Below, in pieces: positions 10,366 to 21,800 of a stretch of DNA of 64,000 nucleotides. Numbering within the stretch: the stretch's first letter is position 1; each line of letters starts with the position of its first letter. The notes under the pieces are model-generated. The model searched no databases. It was not told the DNA's origin and saw only the letters and a program-made list of their open reading frames with translations. The position numbers and the translations under genes were made by a program. Source of the DNA: a virus (Duplodnaviria; Caudoviricetes); the IMG/VR virus record IMGVR_UViG_3300042564_001032, positions 3,788 through 67,787 of that record; one strand, written 5' to 3'.

Positions 10366-10373
10366 TATCTTTG
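10366..10373 (+). promoter_or_regulatory. -7 promoter element
   Basis: TATCTTTG before the ATG at 10393. Confidence 0.55.
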
Positions 10374-10392
10374 ACAATAAAAATTAATTAAT

Positions 10393-10641
10393 ATGGCCCA
10401 AGTAGTAGACGTAACCTTAACAGCTATAGGAGCAGATACGGGCAATTTCACAGTTAGGGCACTTACAAATGCAGATGTGGAAATTGTTGTTTCAGGGGCA
10501 TGGCCCAAAACAGCTCAAACATTCATTCAGAATGTAGCTAAAAGGTTTGCCGATGTACCAGATACTGCGTATAAACTTAAAGTTGAGTCAAATACCACAT
10601 CTTGTACGAATTCATTAACAATGATTTTTTTAACTGCGTAA
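10393..10641 (+). CDS. Small beta-rich putative virion protein
   Basis: 82 aa, A-rich leader, located in the tail module. Confidence 0.6.
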   Translation: MAQVVDVTLTAIGADTGNFTVRALTNADVEIVVSGAWPKTAQTFIQNVAKRFADVPDTAYKLKVESNTTSCTNSLTMIFLTA

Positions 10642-10644
10642 TAA

Positions 10645-13600
10645 ATGGCTTCAGTAAATCAATGTATAGGTTCTTGTTATGACGAGTTAAAGCATCGTGT
10701 GTTCTATTTTAACTGGAACTCAGATGGGTACAATGGCATTTATATGTACGATATTAAGACAAAGACTATTAAGCCTTTGCTTGTTTCATTGATTCACAGC
10801 ACAACAGATATATTAAATTTTAGCCCAGATTATCCTATTGCAAGTGTAAATATATTATACAGGACAGAGGAAGATGGTGATATACTTCATTGGACTGATA
10901 GAAATCAGAGACCAATGAAACTTAACATAAAAGATGCATTAGATACGATATATGCATCAGATTGGAGAAAGGAATACTTAACCGTTTCAAGGAAAATGCC
11001 TCTAATAGCTCCTGTTTGCGCTTACGGAGATGACCTTACAAAAACTATAAATAACCTAAAAAGTAACCTATTCCAATTCAGTTACAGATGGGTATACAAG
11101 GATAATACTAAATCTACATGGAGCCCATGGAGCAAATCTTTTGCGCCATACAAGATAGATACACTTTCAATTGAAACTAATCCTTCTGTAAATAACTATA
11201 TATCTGTTATGATTAATACAGGACCTAGAGATGCTATACAAGTAGAGTTCTCTGCTAGGGGAGTATTAGCGGGAGCGTACAGCGACAGATTTATAGTATA
11301 TACTTTAGACAAGAAAAAGCTTTCAGTGGGAAACGACTTATCCTACACATATAAGTTTTACAACGATAGCACGTACCCTTACGCTAGTAAGTCAGAGAGT
11401 ATTCAACTATTTGATTATGTGCCAAAGAAGGCTAATGCTCAAGAATTATTGAATGGTAATATTTTATCATATGGAGGAATAACTGAAGGAGTAACATTTG
11501 ATACATCATTAAATGTAGCGAAGAACTTAACATATTTCCAAAACGCATATCCATTAACTATATCTAGCTATGCTGATGCTAGAAAGTGGACGTATGTATT
11601 ATTTAACTCTCCTGTTATGGGAGATATCATTGACTTAAAGGTTACTATAGATGAAGGTAACGGAACTAAATATTTTCACATATTTAGTTATACTGTACTA
11701 TCTGGTGACACATTAGCATCGGTAAATACTGCTCTTAAAGCATTAGTAGCAGCTTATCCAGGATTAACAACATCAGATGTATCTTATGCTAGTGGACAAG
11801 GCTTCACTATCGATGGTGGTATTTCTAAAACAATTACAGGTACTTACACAATAACATACTCTCCTAATACAAACCCATTAGATGTAAATACAGCAGTATT
11901 TAAACCAAACTCTACTTATAGATTTGGTATGGTGTATTTTGATGAGTTTGGCGTAACGAATGGAGTAGTTACTAATGATGTAATGGTAGTAAATACTAGA
12001 GAGGCTATATCTAGTGCTTTAGGAACTCAACAATTCGTTGTACCTAATATCCAGTTTTCTATCAACCATGCGCCTCCTTCATGGGCTAAATATTTCTCCT
12101 TTGTAAGAACTTCAAACCTAACATATAGTGATTTTAAATTTATTATATCTGACTTATCTTATGGAGTTTATAGAGATACAAAGTATGGATATATTAATAT
12201 AAAAAATTATAATACGAATACTTCTGGATACCCTTCTTACGACTTTACAAAAGGCGATAGAATACGTATATACGGAACAAATAATGGGGCACTTACTTCC
12301 GTAAAAGATTATCCTATATTAGATATGCTAACAAAGCACCCTAATTCTAGTGTTACAGGTGATCCTAGTGCAGGATTCTTTTTAAAGCTAGAGTATGATA
12401 GTTCTTTCATGTCTGGATGGCCTACTAACCCTGCTTTATTATTCGGAGAGTATTATATAGAAGTATATACTCCTAGTAAGAATGCAGATGCATCTTCTCA
12501 ATTATTCTATGAGTTTGGAGAAACCTATGCAATAGGTACAGATGTAAATAATAATAAGATACACTTAGGTCAGCAGCAGAATCAGATTATAGGAGCAGGT
12601 GCTCAGGCTGCAGTATATAACTTCTTTAGAGGTGATGTATACTTAAGACAAAGAGATAACATATGGATTTTTGATAGCTCTATATCTGATAAATTTGATT
12701 CTAAAGTTTCAGGTACAGGAAGAGCTTTTATTATAGATGAATTTGCGAAAGAAACATATTATCCTACTTTACATAGATACTCTCTTGATTATCAGCAAGG
12801 TACAAACGTTAATATGACAAATAGATTCTATGCTGAAAACATGGATGAGTACGATAGGCAAAAGGGTGATATTCAAAGGTTTAAGGTAAGAGGTCGTCAA
12901 TTAAGAGTGTTTCAAAGTAGAGCATGTGGAGTTGTTCCTATCTATCAAAACATTATGCAGACCGGGTCAGGTGACAATGTGATTAGCCAAAGCACAGAAA
13001 TAGTAAATAGAATACAGTACTATAGCGGCGAGTTTGGTATAGGAAATCAATATTGCTCATTAGCTTCTTCTGCAAGTGCAGATTACTTTTCTGACCCAAT
13101 TATAGGGTGTCAAGTAAGAGTAGCTAATGATGGATTAACTTCAATAACAGAATTATACAAAGGGCATTTTTACTTTACAAACAAGATAAACAAGTATCAA
13201 AAAGAGGTAACTAACTCATTCAATAATGGTAAGGCTAAGATACTTGGAGTGTACGATGCTTTTGAAGAAGAGTTTATCACATGTATGCAAGCATCGTCTA
13301 GTTCAGGAGATAACATGCCTGGAATTACATTCGGATTTTCTGAAACAAGAAATGCTTATACAGCTTTCTATGACTATTATCCTGAGTGGGTTTGTTCTGC
13401 AGGTAACCTTGTAATTAGCTGGAGAAATGGTAAACTGTGGACACATGATAATGAAACTAGCAGAGCTAACTTCTATAACACACAATACACCTGTTCTATT
13501 AAGTTAATATTTAATGAGACAGCAATCGTTAAAAAGCATTTTAATTCTATATCTTTATTGGCTAATGATTATTGGCTATCTCAAAATCAGGGAGATATAT

Positions 13601-13830
13601 TAACTAATATGGGCAACGAATCTAAGCTTGTACAGGATGACTATAGAATCAAAGACGACAAGTACCATGCAGCATTTAAAAGAGATATGTTAAGTGTAGG
13701 TGGGCTGTATAATGGTAGAACTCTTCACGGGTCTTGGCTTGAAATAAATTTAAAAGCTTTAAGTCCACAAAACTTAGTAAATTTGTATTATATAGATTTG
13801 TCAATTTTAGAACCTTTTAATAATAGATAA
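10645..13830 (+). CDS. Tail nozzle/stabilisation (muzzle-like) protein, main body
   Basis: 1061 aa, beta-propeller-like. It has CIG..YD...FYF and LHWTD...P.KLNI motifs and lies before the ejection genes. Confidence 0.7.
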   Translation: MASVNQCIGSCYDELKHRVFYFNWNSDGYNGIYMYDIKTKTIKPLLVSLIHSTTDILNFSPDYPIASVNILYRTEEDGDILHWTDRNQRPMKLNIKDALDTIYASDWRKEYLTVSRKMPLIAPVCAYGDDLTKTINNLKSNLFQFSYRWVYKDNTKSTWSPWSKSFAPYKIDTLSIETNPSVNNYISVMINTGPRDAIQVEFSARGVLAGAYSDRFIVYTLDKKKLSVGNDLSYTYKFYNDSTYPYASKSESIQLFDYVPKKANAQELLNGNILSYGGITEGVTFDTSLNVAKNLTYFQNAYPLTISSYADARKWTYVLFNSPVMGDIIDLKVTIDEGNGTKYFHIFSYTVLSGDTLASVNTALKALVAAYPGLTTSDVSYASGQGFTIDGGISKTITGTYTITYSPNTNPLDVNTAVFKPNSTYRFGMVYFDEFGVTNGVVTNDVMVVNTREAISSALGTQQFVVPNIQFSINHAPPSWAKYFSFVRTSNLTYSDFKFIISDLSYGVYRDTKYGYINIKNYNTNTSGYPSYDFTKGDRIRIYGTNNGALTSVKDYPILDMLTKHPNSSVTGDPSAGFFLKLEYDSSFMSGWPTNPALLFGEYYIEVYTPSKNADASSQLFYEFGETYAIGTDVNNNKIHLGQQQNQIIGAGAQAAVYNFFRGDVYLRQRDNIWIFDSSISDKFDSKVSGTGRAFIIDEFAKETYYPTLHRYSLDYQQGTNVNMTNRFYAENMDEYDRQKGDIQRFKVRGRQLRVFQSRACGVVPIYQNIMQTGSGDNVISQSTEIVNRIQYYSGEFGIGNQYCSLASSASADYFSDPIIGCQVRVANDGLTSITELYKGHFYFTNKINKYQKEVTNSFNNGKAKILGVYDAFEEEFITCMQASSSSGDNMPGITFGFSETRNAYTAFYDYYPEWVCSAGNLVISWRNGKLWTHDNETSRANFYNTQYTCSIKLIFNETAIVKKHFNSISLLANDYWLSQNQGDILTNMGNESKLVQDDYRIKDDKYHAAFKRDMLSVGGLYNGRTLHGSWLEINLKALSPQNLVNLYYIDLSILEPFNNR

Positions 13831-13831
13831 T

Positions 13832-14440
13832 ATGGGTAATTTTTCTAAATTTTTAAACTTGGGTGCAAGTTTTAGTCCTGGTGGATTAGCTCTTCAGGCT
13901 TTACCTTCAGTTGCTGGACTTATGTTCGGCGAAAATAGCCTTTTTAGCGGGAAAGCTAGGCAAGCTAGTCAAAAGTTAATGAGTGATTTTCAAAAATCTC
14001 AAGCAACTCCAATAGATTCAGGATACACTGATTGGTATAATAGAATGCAGTCAATGGGTAATATGGGTCTTAGTGGGGCTACTCGTGGATTAATGAACGA
14101 ATCTTTCGCTAGACAGCAGGGGTCTATGATGAGTGCTCTACGTTCTAAAAGGTCTTTATTAGGGGGTATAGGTCAAGTTGCAGATGCAGGTAATGAATTC
14201 CTTAAAAGACAGGCAGAAATGAATGAAAATTTATTAAGACAGAATAGGATGGCAGCTGCTGATGCTGCATATAAGATGGGCGCAATAAGAACTCAAGATA
14301 GACTTAGAAAAGAAGATGAAGCTAGACAATTCTGGGGAATGAGAAAAGCTGAATCTAATCAATCTGTATCTAGGAACTTGGCTGGTATTGGTCAAGCAGT
14401 TGGCTCTCAATCTTACTACTCAGCAATGAATAAAGTATAA
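13832..14440 (+). CDS. Putative ejection/internal virion protein
   Basis: G/A/M/Q-rich and helical, 202 aa, with a hydrophobic glycine-rich N-terminus. First of three genes of increasing size. Confidence 0.55.
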   Translation: MGNFSKFLNLGASFSPGGLALQALPSVAGLMFGENSLFSGKARQASQKLMSDFQKSQATPIDSGYTDWYNRMQSMGNMGLSGATRGLMNESFARQQGSMMSALRSKRSLLGGIGQVADAGNEFLKRQAEMNENLLRQNRMAAADAAYKMGAIRTQDRLRKEDEARQFWGMRKAESNQSVSRNLAGIGQAVGSQSYYSAMNKV

Positions 14441-14465
14441 CAATAAAACATAAATAACCTATAAA

Positions 14466-15758
14466 ATGGCGATGTATCAACCTTCTTTCGTAGACACAAC
14501 TGGATTTACTTCTGGAATAACAGCTGGCATTAATAGAGCCATGGATTACAGAATGAGACAGGATAGACTATTTGCTAGTTCTATGGATGATTTAAGGAGG
14601 TCTTATGACACGAAAAAAATGAGAACAGGGGATGTTACGAAATTTTTAGGCGCATTTGATCAACATAAAAATGCTTTAATTGCATACACTAGGGTCAATA
14701 ACAGCAATGCTAGTGCTGATGAAATATATCAAGCATCTCAAGATGTTGAGAATTCTAGAATGAATATGGATAATATTTTTTCTAAATCATCCGAAGTTTT
14801 TGGAAAACTAAAGCTTTTTAATTCAGCTAGTCAATCTATGTTTAAGAATGGTATAGAGCCTGTTGGTGAATTCAAAGATGCGTTTAATAAGCTAAGTAAC
14901 GTCGATTTGGATTTAATAACAGATAATGATATTAATATAAATCCATTTGATTATAAGACGCTAGCTAATGCTGATGACCTTAAAGATATTGATGCTACTA
15001 TTTTAAAGAACATTACATTCTCTCAAAAAGACGAGGCTGTTGTTGATGGTAATGGAGTTCCTGTTTCATTAAAGATAGAGGCTCCTAGTGTCGGTAAAAC
15101 ACAAGGAAAGGTTTATAATATTCCATGGATGGCTAAAAAAGAGAAAAGAGATCCAGATGCCGTATCTATCGCTATTCAATCTAATTTTAATTTGCCTGGT
15201 GGCGAAAAAATAAAGAACTACGCTTCTAATCAGATTAATAATTTAGCTAAATCATTATCTATTGATGAAAATAATCCAAACACTACCCCTGCTCAAGTTT
15301 CAGAAAAAAGAATGGCAGAAGCTACTTTTGGTAAAATAAAAGCGTCATTCCCTTCAATAAAAGATGTTAAGGATATCCTTCCTTCTCAAATTTACGCTGT
15401 AGAAAGAGGTTTATTAGAAGGTAAAATTAAAGGGTTCTACTACAATGACGATGAGTTTAAATTAGTTATGCAAAGAATGGGCGCTGATTTTGGGATGGAT
15501 ATGAGAAGCGCTTCAGCTGCTTTGGCAGTGCAAAATGCGGCATTACAAGCTAATTCTGCAGCAAATTCTGCGACAATGAGTCTTCTAAGATTTGCATTAG
15601 GCGGAGGCACGACTATTGCTCCTGATATTATTGATCAATTAAAGAATTATGGCATTACATTAGACCCTGCAGCTCTTAAAATTATAAATCAAAATAAATT
15701 AAGTGGAGGCAAGAAACCTAATGCAATCCTAGATGCATTAAGGGCTCTTCAAAAATAA
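14466..15758 (+). CDS. Putative ejection/internal virion protein
   Basis: 430 aa, helical; assigned by position. Confidence 0.5.
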   Translation: MAMYQPSFVDTTGFTSGITAGINRAMDYRMRQDRLFASSMDDLRRSYDTKKMRTGDVTKFLGAFDQHKNALIAYTRVNNSNASADEIYQASQDVENSRMNMDNIFSKSSEVFGKLKLFNSASQSMFKNGIEPVGEFKDAFNKLSNVDLDLITDNDININPFDYKTLANADDLKDIDATILKNITFSQKDEAVVDGNGVPVSLKIEAPSVGKTQGKVYNIPWMAKKEKRDPDAVSIAIQSNFNLPGGEKIKNYASNQINNLAKSLSIDENNPNTTPAQVSEKRMAEATFGKIKASFPSIKDVKDILPSQIYAVERGLLEGKIKGFYYNDDEFKLVMQRMGADFGMDMRSASAALAVQNAALQANSAANSATMSLLRFALGGGTTIAPDIIDQLKNYGITLDPAALKIINQNKLSGGKKPNAILDALRALQK

Positions 15759-15786
15759 AAAGGGTATCAAATAGGGCAAAATTCGT

Positions 15787-15794
15787 TAGATTTG
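15787..15794 (+). promoter_or_regulatory. -7 promoter element
   Basis: TAGATTTG before the ATG at 15814. Confidence 0.55.
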
Positions 15795-15813
15795 CATATT
15801 ATAAAGATACCAG

Positions 15814-18800
15814 ATGGCGGATATTAACAACCCTCAGACACCAGACCCAAAGAGTATTAAGCCAGCTCCTAAGAAGCTTCCCGCTAATGTTCTTTCTATT
15901 ATGAAGCGGATTAAAACCGTTCAAGATGCTGCTGATGCTGAGTTTAATGCTTTAGGTGAATACGCTACTAGAAATACTAGATATAACCGTGATTTAATAA
16001 ATCAGCAATTCACTCGAACCACAGCACCTAATACTATTACAAATACTAGGGAGGCTATTGAGCAGAAGTGGAAGGATAATGCAGATAAAGCTGTTGCATT
16101 AAAAGTTGTAGACGAGTATGACGCTATTAATAATAGCCTTGATGCATATTTAAAACAAGAGTCTAAGTTTGGCCAAAACTTTTCAACAGTATTCAATCCA
16201 ACTACAAAAAAGTTTGAAAACGTTGACCCGTATAGTCATCCTTCTGTAATTGCAAAAAGAAAAGAGTTAGAGTACGGATTAAAAACAGGTCAGTTTGAAA
16301 TAGATAAAGATGAATTAACGGGACTTCCTATATTATTTTCTTTATATAACGCTCCTCTAACATCTTTTAGTAAGGCTATCGAAAAAAGCGCAAATACTAC
16401 TATTGACACTAGGGGATTTCTTTCATTATCTACTGAAGAAAAGGTAAAGCGTATAAAATATGAGAACGCATATGGCCCAGCATATCTTCCTCAAAAACCA
16501 GAAGGTTTTTCTTCAGTTACAAATTTTATAGGAGGAGTTACATTGCCATTATTAAAAGCTACTGCTTTTGGCATGGGAGCTGCTACTATTGGACGACTTA
16601 ACCCTGCTTTAGGAGAAGCTTATGGAGCAGAGGCTTTGGCTAATCTAAATAAGCTAGGGAATACCATATCTTGGATTGGAGACATGACTGAAGGAAATCA
16701 GTCTGCTGCCATAAAAAAATATTATAATTCTAAATTAAAGGCAAACCCAAATATAAATCCCGTAGAATTAATGAGGGAAGCTGAAGCACTTGGGGGCATT
16801 ACGGGAGCTGTAACGGGGACGCTAGAAGCTTCTTTGATGGGCGGCGCTTTTAGTAAACTAGCCCCATACCCTGGCATATCAGCAGCTGCGAGTAAAATAA
16901 ATACAGCCCCATTGTTAGAGTCAATGGCTAATAGTAGTAAAAAAGGTGTATTACAAAAAGGATTAGCTCCTCTTGTTCCTGTTACAAAAGAGGCTGCTAA
17001 AATAGGAGCAATATCGGCTACTACGCCAGTAATCACTGATGTTGTTTCTAATATTGCAGGTGCTGATATTTCAGCTGAAGATACCATGAAAGAAAGCATA
17101 GAAAGATTCAAGTCTGGTGCTGAGATGGTATTTGCTTTTGGTGGATTACCTGCTGCTGCAAAAAGTTCTAGGGTACTTGCTGAAACTATACCATTTGTAA
17201 GAGATGTTAATGCTCAAAATATTAAATACGCACTTGCTATGGTTACAGGTGCTGCAAGAGATATTCAGCCTTCTGTTATGCATCAGGCTAAAGTAATTGC
17301 TTATGAACTACCTCAAGGAGAAGTAGAAGCACTAATACAAGAAGGAGAAACACAAGGCATTTACGAGCAAGGTACATTAAAGCAGTACAAAACAGATAAA
17401 GAATTATACGACGAAACAGATGCTCAAGTTCCTACGGATATACCAAAAGAAAAAAGAGACATCATAAGAGGTATTCAAGTTAAGATAAATAAGCTTACCG
17501 AAATGGCTAAAAGCCTAGGTAAAGTAAGCCCTCTATTAGACAGGATAAATAAAATGAAAGACCAGCTTGATGAAAAAGCTGTAAAAGTTCTTGAATCAGA
17601 AAATCCTTTAGAAGTAGATGCTACTTATGAAGCAAAAGAAACTACTGCAGAAGTTCCTCCCGTTGCTGCTCCAGAGGGTAAGCCTATTGAAGCAAAGCCT
17701 ATTGAAGTAAAGCCAGCAGAAACGCCTACTGAAGCAAAACCCGCAGAAACTACACCTATTACAGAACAAAAAAAACCTACAGAAAATGCCACTCCAAGCG
17801 GCCAAGAGCCAAAAAAAGAAAGCGGTGCAACAGGCGATATCGTCGAACCTACGGGAACTCAAGTCATCAAAGACCAAGAGACCACTCAAGCAGATGTTGG
17901 CGATAGCAATATCGGCGGCAAAACGAAACCAAAAGTAGAGACTACTAAGCTAGAGGTAGAGCCCGAAAAAAAGACCCCTAAAGAATTTAACAATAACGAA
18001 ACAGCTACTGTGTTCGGCAAGATGAAAAAGGCTGCCGAAGAGTATCTATCCAAAAAAGTAGATGACTTCTCTGGTGCTTCTAGAAAAGCATTAGCTACAT
18101 TGAAAAACTCTGCGTTCTATAAAGGATTAGATAAGAATGAAAGAGAAAAGTATGTGCTAGCTGCTACTAAATTTTTTGAAGGCAAGTTGCCTCCATCCCC
18201 TTCAGTTCAAAGACTTCTTGGAATAGCTAATGACGCTACAAATGTTGTCAATAACATGGCTTCTTTAAACGAGAATATGAAGTTACAGGCAAAAGCAGCC
18301 AAAGACACTGAGATGTGGATTAAGGGTACAAGAAAGGCTATTAGTAATGGGCTTAATGAATTAAAGAAGAAGGGCGTTATTAAAACAGCTCAACTATTAT
18401 CAATACTTAAGAAGTATGATTCATTAAATCTTAAAAATAACGATGCTATAAATGATTTTACATCTTATGTTACAAAGATTGTAAATGATGCTAATTATAA
18501 CAATAAGCTACAAACAGCATCTAGGTTAAATGGCTTAATTAACAAGGCTTCTAAAATGAAAGGAAAGCAGGTTAATTTAATATCTGCTGCTAAAGAATTT
18601 TTAGGAATAGACCCTAGTAAAATAGAAGATATAGACGGATACATTGAAAGAGCTAGTGTTGTTTTAAATGGTATCAGGTCTTCAAAAACAAAAGGATTAG
18701 AAGCTAATTTTTCAGATGCATTTAGAAGTTCAGATATAATAGAATACGCTAAAGAGCAAAAGGCTAAAATAGAAGAATCAAAGAAGCAATCTAAATTAGA

Positions 18801-21800
18801 AGACTACAATGAACTTGTTGAGTCTGGCGTAATATCAAAGGATATGTCTTTTGATGAGATTGACCAAATTATAGGAGCTATAGAGCAAGGAAAAGAAAGC
18901 GATATACCTGATATTAGAGATAAGGCTAGATATGTAAGAGCTTATGTAAATAAGAGATTTGATTCTGTATCTGCTATAGTTAAGTCTATGTTAGACAGAA
19001 ATGTTGACCCTTTTACTGGCATGCAATTATCAGATATATCTAGTGCTGATAGAGTTAGGCTTAACACTATTATTGGTATGGGTTTAAACGACCTGCCATT
19101 AAAAGATGCATATACTGTAGTAGAAGCGTTAAACAACTTTGCAGTTAATGGAAAAGTATCTAATCTTGATTCAGCAATAGCTATTGGAGAAGCGTATCAA
19201 GGAGGCAAAATACTTGAATCTTATGGAATAAAATCTTTAACAATCAAGTCTCTTTTTGGTAGAAAAGCAGCTAGATGGTTTGCTGCCGATATGACTAGCT
19301 TACCTGTATTATTTGATAAAGCATTTGGTACTAATAAATCATTACTTGTTCAAAAGTATATGGGAATGTCTTCTTTAATGCGTAATAAGAATATGGCAGA
19401 GAAGATTTACCAAGAAGCGTCTAAAGAATATACAGATAAGTTTGTTGGAAAATATGGAGGAATTTTAAAATCTAAAACAAATCCAAATGGATTAAGATTT
19501 GATGCCAAAGAAAATATATATGAAAGAGGCATGTTAGCCTTTATGAGAAGAAATAGGGGTGGCGATGAAGCTTCTGTGGCTAAAGAGTTTAATAGAAGAA
19601 AAACTTTATTGCAAGAAACTATCGACGCATTGAGAAGCAGAGGCGGCGATTATGGGAAGATGGCTGATTTATACCAAACTGCTTTTGATAAACTTGTAAG
19701 GGATTCTAAAAATTCATTAGAGGTAGATTCTAAGGCAGATAGTGTAAACCTAGAGGCTGTTAATTGGTGGACTAATCAGTGGGGTAAACATTATGAAAAA
19801 ATGAAAGATGTTAACCTTAACATATACAATCAGGATTTAGGATTTCATAATAACTATACTCAAGACACTTACGGGAAATTTGATAAGAGCGAAACTCCAA
19901 CATCTATGGACCCATTGTCTGATAATCCATTCTTTTCTAGCTACGATTACATACCTGACGTAAAGAGCGGAACATTAATGAAGACAACAGACCCTGAAAT
20001 GTTACCTAATGGCAAGTTTATTGATTTAGATTTTGACTATAATAGTAATAGGGCCCTTAAAACAGCACTGACTAATATACATACAGCCAAAGATTTAAGG
20101 CAAGTTAAAGCATTTAGGGATTCTCCATTCTTTGATAAAATATTTAATCAAGAAGACGGCAATGTATTTAAAGGAAAGATTAGCAATTATGCTAAAAGAA
20201 TGCAGAATAGAGACATAGCAGAATCAAGGGAGTTTAGCAATGTAGGAAGGTCTTTATCCGTTGCTGCCACAACAGCAGTATCAACTGCCTTATCTTCATT
20301 TGCACAACCATTCAAACAGCTAGCACCATCAATGCATACGCTTATAGCTACTAATGGTAGATTAGCTATTAATGACGCACTTAACGCAGATGCGCATGAT
20401 TTTTTAGATAGAATCGGGTATGGTATATCTAATAGAGGCATGGGTTCTCAATTTAGCATGGAAAGAGTAAGCTCAATGCTCAGACAGGCTGATGATAATG
20501 CATTAATGAGAGGCGTGAGAGCGTTAGGAAAAATACAAGAAGCAAAGCTAAAAATATTTGTTGGATACTCGGATATACTTACAGCTAGAATGGCTTGGTT
20601 ATCTTATTATAAAGATGCCTTAAGAAAGAAAGGAGAGGATGTTTCTAATCTAGATTGGAAAACTCATGAGATAAATAAAGATGCAGCAGATTACGCTGAA
20701 CAGATGACCAATGTGAGTCAGAACGTATCCGATACAGATTTACAAGGCACATTCATTGGCTCTCAAGACCCTTATCATAAGGCATTCAAGAATACTGTAA
20801 TGACCCTAGCAAACTACACAATGAACCAAAAGGCAAAAGTTGGTGGTAATATTAGAGTTGCTTTAGGTAAAGGGGTTGCTGCGGAAGATAGAAGTTTAGC
20901 TGTAAAATCGTTAGCAGGGACAGCTGCCGAGATGTTTGTATATAATGCTATATGGCAGATGGCTAACAATATTCAATGGGGTATTGCAGATAAGATGTCA
21001 AATACTACTCCTTCCCAAGAAGAGAAAAGAAGAAGAGAATTATCTTCTAAAAGAACTACGATTACAAACTTAACAAACGACTTATTCTCTCCTCACCCTA
21101 TTATGAACGATGGGTTAGATAAGCTAATTAATTTTGGCTTAGAAAAAATAGATCCTGATACTCCAAAAGCATTTGAAGTTAGATTATATGATGGAGGAGG
21201 TGCTGATGCGTGGGCTAAAAACTATGGAGTAGGAGGTATCCTTCTAAAGAATATTATGGATGCTTCTAAGTATAATGATATAGCTATAAGTGGAGAGGTA
21301 AAGACAGAAGACCCATTTGGGGAAGAGCAGGTTAAAAAATTAACAGGAGAAGATAAAAAGATTGCTATGTCTTGGATGCCATTAGTTATTGCTGGAAGAA
21401 CATTAGGGTTTTCTGATATGAGCAATGTTTCTAATAAAATTATCAAGAATCTTAGCGCTAGGGGAATGTCAGAAGAAAATGCATTAATTAATAAGGCTAT
21501 AGATATGGTTCCTGCTGAAGAAGGTAAGGCTACCATAGTCGATAATAAGACCATCAACCAAGCTGCAGCAGAAGCTGTTAAATTCAAGGATCCTGAATCT
21601 AGAGCTAAATACTTATTGGATTTAAAGAAGAAGTATGGAGCTGAACTTTGGTCGAAAGAAATAGATTTAATATCTGACCCTAAATTAGGTATTATTGACG
21701 GAGGTACGGTTGCTTTCATGACAGCTATGGCCAATAATGACCAAGATGCCATGAAGGTATACAGAGCTTTCTCATTAGCCAAACCAGAGGCCAAAGTAGA

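Noticed and set aside
9870-10644. Self-splicing intron or intein interrupting the nozzle gene
   Set aside because: The insert encodes structural-looking ORFs and a promoter. No homing endonuclease, group I/II core or intein termini were recognised.
20023-20037. DLDFD (DxDxD) in the 2082-aa protein, suggesting a crAss-type virion RNA polymerase of similar size
   Set aside because: It lacks the DFDxD context and any recognisable double-psi barrel motifs, and the surroundings look helical. A structure prediction would be decisive.
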